This document shows positions 11,547 to 20,157 of a stretch of DNA of 64,000 bases, in pieces. The translations under genes and the position numbers were made by a program. Position 1 is the first letter of the stretch; every line of letters starts with the position of its first letter. The stretch is from an uncultured delta proteobacterium. Its GTDB lineage: Bacteria; Desulfobacterota; Desulfobacteria; Desulfobacterales; Desulfatirhabdiaceae. Below the pieces are notes generated by a model. The model had not been told where the DNA came from and made no database searches. It saw only the letters and a program-made list of their open reading frames with translations. The stretch is from NCBI GenBank assembly GCA_963789395.1, contig CAWBKP010000021.1:1-64000 (forward strand). The letters are read 5' to 3'.

Positions 11547-11882
11547 TCATAAAAGCCCTGCCTGATATAATTTTCCGGCAAGTTCAAAAGAAAATCCCGG
11601 CCAGAGCAGCAAAGGGATCCCTTCCTGGTCCGCCCGCTGAATCGTGTCAGCATCAGGATGATAGCCGCCTGTTACAACAATGCCGGCCATTTCCTTGAGA
11701 ACGGCAACCGCAACGATATTCTGATGCCCCTGTATGGTCAGCCAGATACACCCGGAAGGCGCCTTGCCCATCACATCACTGAGCAGATCGCCGCAATATC
11801 CCGACTGGATGTCCGTATTCAGATTCTGCCGGCCTGCAATCAGTGTCAAACCGAAATGAAGAACAAGATCGTTAATTTTCAT
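11547..11882 (-). CDS. Stand-alone DRTGG-domain protein
   Basis: GYCGDLLSDVM, WLTIQGHQNIVAVA. Confidence 0.85.
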   Translation of the reverse strand: MKINDLVLHFGLTLIAGRQNLNTDIQSGYCGDLLSDVMGKAPSGCIWLTIQGHQNIVAVAVLKEMAGIVVTGGYHPDADTIQRADQEGIPLLLWPGFSFELAGKLYQAGLL

Positions 11883-13197
11883 TACGCTTTTTTCGCTTCC
11901 CCTGTATTTTTTTCAACTGAATAACGGCGCAGTCATTTCGGGAAACCCTGCCTCTGACAACGTCTTCAGCAAATGTTTTACAATCCGGCGCGCCGCACAA
12001 AGAACAATCCCTGTGTTCGGTCATCCGTAAAATGGATTCGATTTTCTGAAGATCGGCAATGGAAAGCGGCGATTTGCTGACACCAAACAATTTTTTAAGT
12101 CTTTCAGGTCTTAGATCCCTATCAAAATCCGTTTGCTCATATTGCTTCAATAAGGGTGAGAGCTCCGTGGAACGGGTAATTCCGGATGACAGGAGGCTTT
12201 TTTGAACGTTGTGTTTGGCCATGTATTTGTCGATTGCGGTCAAGGGGCCGCCGATGCATCCTTCCTGGCAGGCTCTCAGTTCGATGTATTCCAGGTGATT
12301 TAAAAGCCCCAGCTCAATTTTTTGCAGATACGCCAGGGTCTCCTTGAGTCCGGATACGGCCATGGATTTTTCGATGTCCATATAGGCGATTTCGCCGCCG
12401 GACATGGTCCAGATCAAGCTGTCCTTGGATCCGCAATTACCAAACGAGGTGCGGTTTAGACGATCTAAATCAATATCTTGAACCTGTTCGATTGCATTTA
12501 GAAGCTGAACATAAATCTCATTGATACCGATGGCTTTTTCTTTGTAGGGAAGCGGAGTTTTTCGTGTGATCTGGGCGGACAATGTCTTGGTGGGGCAGGG
12601 AAGGATATAGTAAAACGTAACTTTATCTGAAATATTCTCATGTTCCTTGCAAATGTATTTGTAGACTTCCCTGGCCATCAGCGTTACCGGACGAAGCAGC
12701 GGCAGAATGTTTGGGAGCAGATCCGGAAAATGAAATGCAATCAGGCGAATGACAACCGGGCATACCGAGGAAATCAACGGCCCGGGGTTCTGGTGCGTCT
12801 TTCTGTTTGTTTCAATGAAAGCCTCTGCCGCTTTTTGATAAAGACCGATAAACCCGGTCATGTCCACGACATGTTTAAACCCCATGTCCAGAAGCCCCTG
12901 ATGGGTCTTCTCCGGAGGAACTCCGGGAAACTGGGAATACAGGGTCGGTGTCACCAGCGCTACCGGCATCTGCTCATTTTTGATATCCTGATGTTCCGAA
13001 GTTGCCGCAACCACGGCGCCGGTCGGGCAGACGCGAATGCATTCGCCGCACCCGATACACCGATCCACCAGAAAGATGGACCTGCCTTCCTTGATGCGGA
13101 TGGCTCCGGTAGGGCAGGATTTGACGCACAAGGCGCAGCCGTTGCAGCGCTCTTCCTGAAAATGCACATACGTGAGAACTGACTCGGAACAAATCAC
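11872..13197 (-). CDS. [FeFe]-hydrogenase large-subunit-like Fe-S protein (2x[4Fe-4S], Fe_hyd_lg_C-like core, C-terminal FeS domain); putatively sensory
   Basis: Two CxxCxxCxxxCP motifs; divergent H-cluster motifs SSVCPVV, LPCPTK and ELRACQEGCIGG; C-terminal DCSLCGAPDC...C. Confidence 0.8.
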   Translation of the reverse strand: MICSESVLTYVHFQEERCNGCALCVKSCPTGAIRIKEGRSIFLVDRCIGCGECIRVCPTGAVVAATSEHQDIKNEQMPVALVTPTLYSQFPGVPPEKTHQGLLDMGFKHVVDMTGFIGLYQKAAEAFIETNRKTHQNPGPLISSVCPVVIRLIAFHFPDLLPNILPLLRPVTLMAREVYKYICKEHENISDKVTFYYILPCPTKTLSAQITRKTPLPYKEKAIGINEIYVQLLNAIEQVQDIDLDRLNRTSFGNCGSKDSLIWTMSGGEIAYMDIEKSMAVSGLKETLAYLQKIELGLLNHLEYIELRACQEGCIGGPLTAIDKYMAKHNVQKSLLSSGITRSTELSPLLKQYEQTDFDRDLRPERLKKLFGVSKSPLSIADLQKIESILRMTEHRDCSLCGAPDCKTFAEDVVRGRVSRNDCAVIQLKKIQGKRKKRNEN

Positions 13198-13203
13198 CGT
13201 GAA

Positions 13204-13650
13204 TTATCCTTGAAGTTCAGTGGAAAACGTCATGACAATCGATGTTCCTTTTCCCTTTCGGGAAGTGATATGGAACTGGCCGGCATTTTTTTTCATATTG
13301 GGAAGGCCGATCCCGGCACCAAAACCCAGTTTTCGGTGTGCCTCCGTTGCTGTGGAATAGCCTTCGGTCATGGCAAGTTCAATATCCTGAATTCCGGGTC
13401 CGCAATCCGTGATGGTCAATCGAATCAGATGCGGTGAAATCGCGATATACAACTGGCCGCTCTTGCCGTGCATCACCACATTCATCTCGCCTTCATAACA
13501 GCAGATGGCAATGCGTCGAATCAGCCCGGAATCAAGGTTCAGGGTTTTCAGAAGGGTTTTGATCTGGATAGTGGCTTCACCGGCTCGAATAAAATCGTTT
13601 TCCAGGATTGGATAGCGTTTTTTCAGCGTTTTCATGTTCACCAGATTCAA
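13204..13650 (-). CDS. Anti-sigma-factor-type Ser/Thr kinase (RsbT/RsbW-like HATPase)
   Basis: YEGEMNVVMHG, DCGPGI, GYST, GFGAGIGLPN. Confidence 0.88.
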   Translation of the reverse strand: MNLVNMKTLKKRYPILENDFIRAGEATIQIKTLLKTLNLDSGLIRRIAICCYEGEMNVVMHGKSGQLYIAISPHLIRLTITDCGPGIQDIELAMTEGYSTATEAHRKLGFGAGIGLPNMKKNAGQFHITSRKGKGTSIVMTFSTELQG

Positions 13651-14001
13651 AGCGAGCCGTCAAGCCCTCTCATCCCTCTGCCATGAAGTTTCCCACAGGC
13701 AACAAACAGGGGAAGATCGGTTGATAACAGCGGAAGCCCTTCGTTTCGGGCCATTTCAATGATATCCATATTCGGCATTTTCCCCCGTACAAAAACAACT
13801 GCGGCAATCTCTGCGATCAATGCCGTGCGAATCGTTTGAACGTTTGTCAATCCGGTCAGCAGCAGACTGTTTTTAGAAAGACTGTACAGGACTTCACTCA
13901 TCAAATCACTGGCGCCGCAATTTAAAATATCCCGATGAAGGTGCTCGCTTCCGGTTAAAACCGAAGCGTTTAATATTTCAACAATTTCATAATAGTTTCA
14001 T
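13647..14001 (-). CDS. Stand-alone DRTGG-domain protein (frameshift just after the start)
   Basis: Manual reading MKL(Y)EIVEILNASVLTG...GASDLMSEV...LLTGLTN...VFVRGK; the ATG overlaps the PNP stop (ATGA). Confidence 0.82.
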
Positions 14002-14831
14002 GAAGTGTTATAGGCTGTTGACCAGAGATTTGAATAAGGCGTTGCAATATCGGGTGAAGTGCTTTGCGCAACATCAAGGATTTCTTCAAGTGTTGCCGGC
14101 ACCGGATTTTCAGGGTCATGAACATTGGTTAAGATGGAAAGACCGATGACTTTCATTCCTGCCTGCACTGCGGCGATGACTTCCATGATGGTGGAAAACC
14201 CGACTGCGGACGCGCCGATGGTTTGTAAAAAGCGGATCTCAGCCGGGGTTTCAAGGGAAGGGCCTAAAAGGCCGGCATAAACGCCGGTTTGAAGGGGAAT
14301 ATTTAATTGATTTCCAAGGGTTAAAGCAAGTTTGGCAAGATCCGGATCATAGGCATGGGCCATGTCGGGGAAGCGGTTTCCCCAGTCCGGTTCGTGGGGG
14401 CCGACCAGCGGATTCTGTCCGGTCAGATTGATGTGATCCTGAATGACCATGATATCACCGGGTGAAAACCGCGAACGCAACCCGCCCGCGGCATTGGAAA
14501 CGATAAACCATTTTACGCCGAGTTCCTGCATCACCCGAATCGGAAAAATAACCTCCTGGGGCGAGTATCCTTCATAAAGATGAAATCTGCCTTTGAATAC
14601 GGCAACTTTTCGGCCGTTAAGATCGCCGATTAATAGCTGTCCCGGATGCCCTTCCACGGTTGAAACCGGAAAATGCGGAATATCCCGATATGCAAATTGG
14701 GCGTGAATCATAACGCCGTCCGCACTGGCGCTGAGTCCCGTACCGGTTAAGATGGCTATTTCGGGAAACGGGGAAATACGCGAGCGAATATGGCCTGCAG
14801 CAGCGCTTGCTTTTGCCTTGAGAGCGTTCAT
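13998..14831 (-). CDS. punA: Purine nucleoside phosphorylase (trimeric PunA type)
   Basis: STVEGHPG, GRFHLYEGY, SNAAGG, GPSLETPAE, VGFSTIME. Confidence 0.93.
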   Translation of the reverse strand: MNALKAKASAAAGHIRSRISPFPEIAILTGTGLSASADGVMIHAQFAYRDIPHFPVSTVEGHPGQLLIGDLNGRKVAVFKGRFHLYEGYSPQEVIFPIRVMQELGVKWFIVSNAAGGLRSRFSPGDIMVIQDHINLTGQNPLVGPHEPDWGNRFPDMAHAYDPDLAKLALTLGNQLNIPLQTGVYAGLLGPSLETPAEIRFLQTIGASAVGFSTIMEVIAAVQAGMKVIGLSILTNVHDPENPVPATLEEILDVAQSTSPDIATPYSNLWSTAYNTS

Positions 14832-14866
14832 GAAAGCTCCTTGTCCGGAATTGACTTAGATGGTGA

Positions 14867-14896
14867 ACTATATCTCAGGAAACACCTTACAGTCAA
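14867..14896 (-). promoter_or_regulatory. Sigma70-type promoter for the punA-DRTGG operon
   Basis: Minus strand TTGACT-N18-TATAGT. Confidence 0.5.
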
Positions 14897-14942
14897 GAAA
14901 TGGTGGACGATTATATTGACTTTTTATTTCAATTATGAAATC

Positions 14943-14956
14943 TATCACCGGTGATA
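14943..14956. promoter_or_regulatory. Perfect 14-bp palindrome TATCACCGGTGATA in the divergent promoter region
   Basis: Seen directly; lies between the two divergent redox operons. Confidence 0.45.
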
Positions 14957-15060
14957 AATTAAATTGTTCAGTCAGGTGTTCATGGGTTTTTTGATGGTCT
15001 GTTTATGTCTGCCATTGACCTGTTGTGGTTATTATCCTGCTTGATTTTGGAGAACTGAAT

Positions 15061-15556
15061 ATGCTTTCTGGAAACAAACCTGAACATCCGGATATTTCAG
15101 AAGAAATGTGGAATCAAATAGATGCCGTCATCAGTGAAAACCGTTCCAAGCCCGGGTCCATCATTACGGTGCTTCGCGAGTGCCAGAATATTGCGGGGTA
15201 TCTTCCAAAAGAGCTGATGCGACTTTATCAGCAGGGAAATGAACATTCCGGGAAGTACCGTGTTCGGGGTAGCGACGTTTTACTCGCTCTTTTTATTGAA
15301 ACCCAAAGGCCGGCATACCATAAAGATTTGCCTGGGCACTGCCTGTTATGTCAAGGGGATTCAGGAGGTTCTCAACCGGATCAGCAATTCTTTCAAACTG
15401 GAAGCCGGGGGAACGACACCGGATCGCAGGTTTTCTCTGGAATTGATTCGATGCCTGGGTGCCTGCGGTCTTGCACCGGTCATGGTCGTCGGACAGGACG
15501 TCCATGGGGATGTCAGTGCCGATAAAGTCATCGATGTTCTGGAGCAGTACACCTGA
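15061..15556 (+). CDS. NuoE-like [2Fe-2S] subunit (HydC/HndA family; frameshift near 15222)
   Basis: LRECQNIAGYLP, GVATFYSLF, ICLGTACYVKG, RCLGACGLAPV. Confidence 0.9.
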
Positions 15557-15611
15557 CGCCGGTTGTGATTGAATCGCCCGGATATATCAAGATAGTGCGC
15601 GGAGATGATGC

Positions 15612-17399
15612 ATGAATATGAAAAGAACCGAATTGATGTTGTGCGGCGGAACCGGGTGCCATTCCACGGGAAGCAAGGTTTTTAAGGATGCGCTTGTTCA
15701 GGAGCTGGATCGCAGGAAGCTTTCCGATGAGGTGCAGGTGATTGAAACCGGCTGTAACGGCTTTTGTGCGGTAGGTCCGGTGATGCTGGTGCAGCCAGAT
15801 GGGATTTTTTATCAGAAACTGAGAGCCAAAGATGTTCCGGAGCTGGTTGAAGAGCATTTTTTAAAGGGACGTCCGGTCAAACGGCTGTTCTATGTCGAGC
15901 CTGCCTCAAAAGAAACCATTCCCATCATGATGGACATTCCCTTTTTCGCCAATCAACTGCTGTGGGTGATGCGAAACCGGGGGGCGATTGATGCTGAAAA
16001 AATTGATGAGTATATTGCTGCCGACGGGTATGCGGCAGCTGCAAAAGCATTGACCCGGATGAGTCCTCAACAAATCATCGAAGAGGTGAAGCTTTCCGGT
16101 CTCCGGGGAAGAGGCGGAGCAGGGTTTCCCACGGGAGTGAAGTGGGAATTTGCCGGCAAGGTCCAGGGGGAGGTTAAATATGTTCTTTGCAATGCGGATG
16201 AAGGGGATCCGGGTGCATTCATGGACCGGAGCATATTGGAGGCCGACCCCCATGCGGTCCTGGAAGGCATGCTGATAGCCGCAAAAGCAATCGGCGCCCG
16301 AAAAGGCTATATATATGCCAGAACAGAATACCCCCTGGCCATTTCCCGGCTGGAAATCGCCATTCGCCAGGCAACCGAATACGGGCTGCTTGGGAAAAAC
16401 ATTCTGGATTCGGGGTTTGATTTTGACGTAGAGGTGTACCAGGGTGCGGGTGCTTTTGTCTGCGGGGAAGAAACCGCTCTGATGCGATCCATCGAGGGAA
16501 AGCGCGGCATGCCCAGACCCAGGCCGCCTTTTCCCGCGTTTCAAGGGCTGTGGGAAAAACCAACGGTGTTGAACAATGTCGAAACCCTGGCCAATATTCC
16601 ACAGATAGTTTTAAAGGGAGGGGCCTGGTATGCCGGCGTCGGGACGGCAACCAGCAAGGGAACAAAAGTGTTTGCGCTGTCCGGCGCGGTCAACAATATC
16701 GGCCTGGTTGAAGTGCCGATGGGAACAACCTTGCGAACCATTATTTTTGATATTGGCGGCGGGATTCCCAACAAACGCCAATTTAAAGCGGTGCAATTGG
16801 GCGGACCCTCCGGCGGATGCGTTCCTGAACAGTATCTGGATACGCCGGTTGATTACGAAGCCATTGCTAAAGTCGGTGCAATCATGGGTTCGGGCGGCGC
16901 CATTGTCATGGACGACCGGACGTGCATGGTGGATATGGCCCGTTTTTTTATGGATTTCATTCAGGATGAGTCCTGCGGAAAGTGCACGTCCTGTCGTGAA
17001 GGAACACGAAGGCTTCTGGATATCCTCAAGAAAATGTGCGACGGCAGGGGGGAACTCAGCGATATTGATGAGCTGGAAAAAATGTCTGCCGTCATCAAGG
17101 CGACGTCTCTGTGCGGTCTGGGGCAGACGGCTCCCAACCCGGTTCTCTCGACGCTGCGCTATTTCAAGGACGAATATATCGCCCATATCGTTGAAAAAAA
17201 ATGCCCGGCAAAACGCTGTGTGGCCCTTCTTAAATTCACGGTGGATCCGGATGCCTGCACCAAATGCGGGTTGTGTTCCAGAGCCTGTCCGGTTGAGGCG
17301 ATCGCCTGGAAAAAGAAAGAAGTCGCCTTCATTGATACGGACAAATGTATCAAATGCATGACGTGTTTTGAAAAATGTAAATTCAACGCCATATTCTAA
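15612..17399 (+). CDS. NuoF-like NADH/FMN subunit (HydB/HndC family, bifurcating type)
   Basis: N-terminal Trx-like 2Fe-2S, GLRGRGGAGFPTG, NADEGDPGAFMDRS, GGPSGG, ESCGKC..CR.G, C-terminal 2x[4Fe-4S]. Confidence 0.95.
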   Translation: MNMKRTELMLCGGTGCHSTGSKVFKDALVQELDRRKLSDEVQVIETGCNGFCAVGPVMLVQPDGIFYQKLRAKDVPELVEEHFLKGRPVKRLFYVEPASKETIPIMMDIPFFANQLLWVMRNRGAIDAEKIDEYIAADGYAAAAKALTRMSPQQIIEEVKLSGLRGRGGAGFPTGVKWEFAGKVQGEVKYVLCNADEGDPGAFMDRSILEADPHAVLEGMLIAAKAIGARKGYIYARTEYPLAISRLEIAIRQATEYGLLGKNILDSGFDFDVEVYQGAGAFVCGEETALMRSIEGKRGMPRPRPPFPAFQGLWEKPTVLNNVETLANIPQIVLKGGAWYAGVGTATSKGTKVFALSGAVNNIGLVEVPMGTTLRTIIFDIGGGIPNKRQFKAVQLGGPSGGCVPEQYLDTPVDYEAIAKVGAIMGSGGAIVMDDRTCMVDMARFFMDFIQDESCGKCTSCREGTRRLLDILKKMCDGRGELSDIDELEKMSAVIKATSLCGLGQTAPNPVLSTLRYFKDEYIAHIVEKKCPAKRCVALLKFTVDPDACTKCGLCSRACPVEAIAWKKKEVAFIDTDKCIKCMTCFEKCKFNAIF

Positions 17400-17423
17400 C
17401 CTGATGATGAACTGGTGTTTCTC

Positions 17424-17777
17424 ATGAAATTATCCGAGATCAAAGTTACGTTGGACGCAGAAGTCTTATCCGGCCATGATCAGATGGACATGAATATCGT
17501 AGGGGGCGGCGGAGCCGACCTGATGGAGGATGTCTTGTCGGCTGTGGCCAAAGGCGCGATCCTTTTGACGGGATTGACCACGGAACAGGTGCTGCGGACA
17601 GCCACGATCGCCGGAGTGTCGGCGATCGTGATTGTTCGTGGGAAAAAACCCGACGCCAAGATGATCGAAGCAGCAGTCTTATCCGGCATTCCGATTCTGC
17701 GAACGCGATATTCGTTGTTTGTTGCCTGCGGTCGACTGTACATGGATGGACTGAGAGGCCTGGACGGATCCTGGTGA
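17424..17777 (+). CDS. Stand-alone DRTGG-domain protein
   Basis: GADLMEDVL, LLTGLT, IVRGK; paralog of 13647-14001. Confidence 0.85.
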   Translation: MKLSEIKVTLDAEVLSGHDQMDMNIVGGGGADLMEDVLSAVAKGAILLTGLTTEQVLRTATIAGVSAIVIVRGKKPDAKMIEAAVLSGIPILRTRYSLFVACGRLYMDGLRGLDGSW

Positions 17778-17859
17778 TTGATTATCGACTGAAAGGTGTT
17801 GATGGTTTTCGTGTTGCTGAGTTTATCTCTTTCTTTTCATTTACACACAAACTGGAGCG

Positions 17860-19950
17860 ATGAAAATGATTGAAGCGGTCTTCATGATGGGCGGTTTGGG
17901 GCTTGTGGTTGGAGCGGGACTGGCAGTGGCATCCAAGGTGTTTTATGTGTATGTGGATCCCCTGATCGAGTCAATCGAAGGAACCCTTCCGGGCGCCAAC
18001 TGCGGGGGATGCGGTTTTGCAGGATGCAGCGCCAATGCAGTGGCCATTGCCACCGGAAAATCCGCTCCCACATCGTGCGTGGCTGCCGGTCCGGAAGTTG
18101 CCGAGGCCATTGCCGTTCTTTTAGGGGTCTCCGTTGAAGCCAGAGAGCCCGATATCTCCCGGCTGGGCTGTACTTACAGTGTTCGGGAAGCGGACGTCAA
18201 ATACATCTACGACGGGCTTTCCGATTGCCGGGCCGCCGCGCTGCTGGGCGGCGGCATGAAGGTGTGTACCATCGGGTGTCTGGGGCTCGGAAGCTGTGTC
18301 AAAGCCTGTCTGTTCAATGCACTGGAAATCGGGCCAAGCGGTCTTCCCGTTGTCAATGAGAAGAATTGCACGGGCTGCGGGGCCTGTGAAAAAGTCTGTC
18401 CCAAGCATATCATCACGCTGTCTTCGGTGACGCGCCGGATCCTTCGTGAATATACTACCGAAGACTGCACGACTCCCTGTCAGCGTGCGTGTCCGGCCGG
18501 CATCAATATCAGCGAATACATTCGACTGATCTCCATCGGCGATTTTCACCGCAGCGTACAGATCATCAAGGAACGCAATCCGTTTCCGGCCGTTATCGGC
18601 AGGATCTGCCCCCGGCCCTGTGAGACCGAGTGCAGGCGCCAATATGTAGATGAGCCGGTTGCCATCAACTATCTCAAGCGGTTTGCCGCGGACTATGAAA
18701 AATCCGTAGATAAGCGCATTCAGCCGTATAAGGCACCGGCATCCGGCAAAAAAATCGCCGTCATCGGCGGCGGTATGGAAGGGCTTTCCACTGCGTTTTT
18801 CTCGGCCCGTCTCGGGCATGATGTAACGGTTTTCGAGGCTTCCCCGCAGCTTGGCGGACTTCTTCGAACAGCCATTGCCAGAAACCGCCTGCCACTGGAT
18901 ATCCTTGACTGGGATATCCAGGGAATTCTGGACATGGGCGTTCGGGCGGAGACATCCAAAACACTGGGCGTTGATTTTACGCTGGCATCCCTTTTTGCCG
19001 AAGGATATGAAGCGGTTTTTGTGGCAACCGGCGGATGGGACAGCCGGCTGTCGCGCGGCGCCGGACAGGCGATTGAACATCCGTTTCCGGGCCTGTATCT
19101 GCTGATTGACTATATCAGACACCTGGATCAGGACGGCGGCAGGGCCGCGGATTCTCCGGTCGTGATTGCGGGCGGCGGAAAAATGGCGCTCGATATCGCC
19201 CTGCGCGCCAAGGTCAAGGGGGCTGCAACGGTTGTGCTTTTACTAAGAGAGGCAAAACAGAGCGCGTCTTTTGATCCGGATGATCTGGAAAAATTGGAAG
19301 CTGCCGGCATCACCGTGATGTATCGTGCTGCCATCACCCGGATCACGGGCAAAGAAGACCGCCTGGAGGCGCTGGAAACCACGGATCTGGATACCGGGGA
19401 GAAAATGCAGTTGCCTGCCGGAACCCTGGTGATTCCATCGGGCCGAATTCCGGAGATGATTGTTGTCCGGGCAAAATCGGATCCGCCGGAATCTGCGGAA
19501 TCTGCGGAATCTGCGGAATCTGCGGATACAGCCGGTGCGTGGGAAGCTTTCGAACCCTATAAAAAACCGGATTTTCATAATGAAATCGGCTGGATTTCAG
19601 AAAATGACGTACTCTCTGATTTTTCCGGCGCCATCAAGGCCATTGCCGCTGGACGAAGATCGGCCGCATCCATTCACCAGAGTCTGTACGGTATCCCCTT
19701 GACGTTTTCAAAGGATGTGGTGACGCCGGAAACCCTGGTGCAGAATGTGGACCATGTTGAAAATGTGGATGCCATGCCGCGACGGATCATGCCGTTGTGC
19801 CCGTCTCCGCCGGCGTGCAATGAGATTGAAAAGGGATTTACACAGGAAATGGCGCTTTCAGAGGCTTCCCGATGTCTTCAGTGCGGTCTGATCTGTTACA
19901 AGCGCACAACCGGCATTCTGGAAAGTCCCGAGAAAAGGCTTTCCAATTAA
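17860..19950 (+). CDS. rnfB: RnfB-like protein fused to a GltD/NfnB-type FAD-dependent oxidoreductase
   Basis: N-terminal TM helix, LPGANCGGCGFAGC, GCLGLGSCVKAC and a ferredoxin motif; then PCQRACP...GRICPRPCETEC, IAVIGGGMEG and a C-terminal EASRCLQCG. Confidence 0.88.
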   Translation: MKMIEAVFMMGGLGLVVGAGLAVASKVFYVYVDPLIESIEGTLPGANCGGCGFAGCSANAVAIATGKSAPTSCVAAGPEVAEAIAVLLGVSVEAREPDISRLGCTYSVREADVKYIYDGLSDCRAAALLGGGMKVCTIGCLGLGSCVKACLFNALEIGPSGLPVVNEKNCTGCGACEKVCPKHIITLSSVTRRILREYTTEDCTTPCQRACPAGINISEYIRLISIGDFHRSVQIIKERNPFPAVIGRICPRPCETECRRQYVDEPVAINYLKRFAADYEKSVDKRIQPYKAPASGKKIAVIGGGMEGLSTAFFSARLGHDVTVFEASPQLGGLLRTAIARNRLPLDILDWDIQGILDMGVRAETSKTLGVDFTLASLFAEGYEAVFVATGGWDSRLSRGAGQAIEHPFPGLYLLIDYIRHLDQDGGRAADSPVVIAGGGKMALDIALRAKVKGAATVVLLLREAKQSASFDPDDLEKLEAAGITVMYRAAITRITGKEDRLEALETTDLDTGEKMQLPAGTLVIPSGRIPEMIVVRAKSDPPESAESAESAESADTAGAWEAFEPYKKPDFHNEIGWISENDVLSDFSGAIKAIAAGRRSAASIHQSLYGIPLTFSKDVVTPETLVQNVDHVENVDAMPRRIMPLCPSPPACNEIEKGFTQEMALSEASRCLQCGLICYKRTTGILESPEKRLSN
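19487..19526 (+). repeat. In-frame 9-bp tandem repeat (CGGAATCTG)x4.4 encoding (ESA)4
   Basis: Seen directly. Confidence 0.95.
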
Positions 19951-19991
19951 ACGGAGGCTATCCGTTTTCATCTGAAAATCAGCGGGTTATG

Positions 19992-20030
19992 AAAGCCGGA
20001 ATGTTCGGAGCAATGAAACATTCCGGCTTT
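19992..20030 (+). terminator. Probable intrinsic terminator after the rnfB fusion
   Basis: Perfect 14-bp inverted repeat AAAGCCGGAATGTT/AACATTCCGGCTTT followed by a T-rich tract. Confidence 0.65.
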
Positions 20031-20056
20031 GGTTTATGTGAATTTATTTTCAAAAT

Positions 20057-20099
20057 TCATGAAGTGACTGAACGGATTTTCCGCTCAGTCACTTCATGA
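20057..20099. repeat. Perfect 15-bp inverted repeat hairpin upstream of rseC
   Basis: TCATGAAGTGACTGA / TCAGTCACTTCATGA. Confidence 0.75.
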
Positions 20100-20157
20100 T
20101 CGGTTGCGGGCAATCCCGATTCATATTCCGGTATCGACCGGTGTTAAGGAAAATGGT

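Noticed and set aside
14933..14950. Rex operator-like TTATGAAATCTATCACCG
   Set aside because: Four mismatches to TTGTGAA-N4-TTCACAA; too weak to call.
15061..17399. Respiratory complex I nuoEF
   Set aside because: No other nuo genes are present, and the extra Fe-S domains mark the soluble HydBC/Hnd type.
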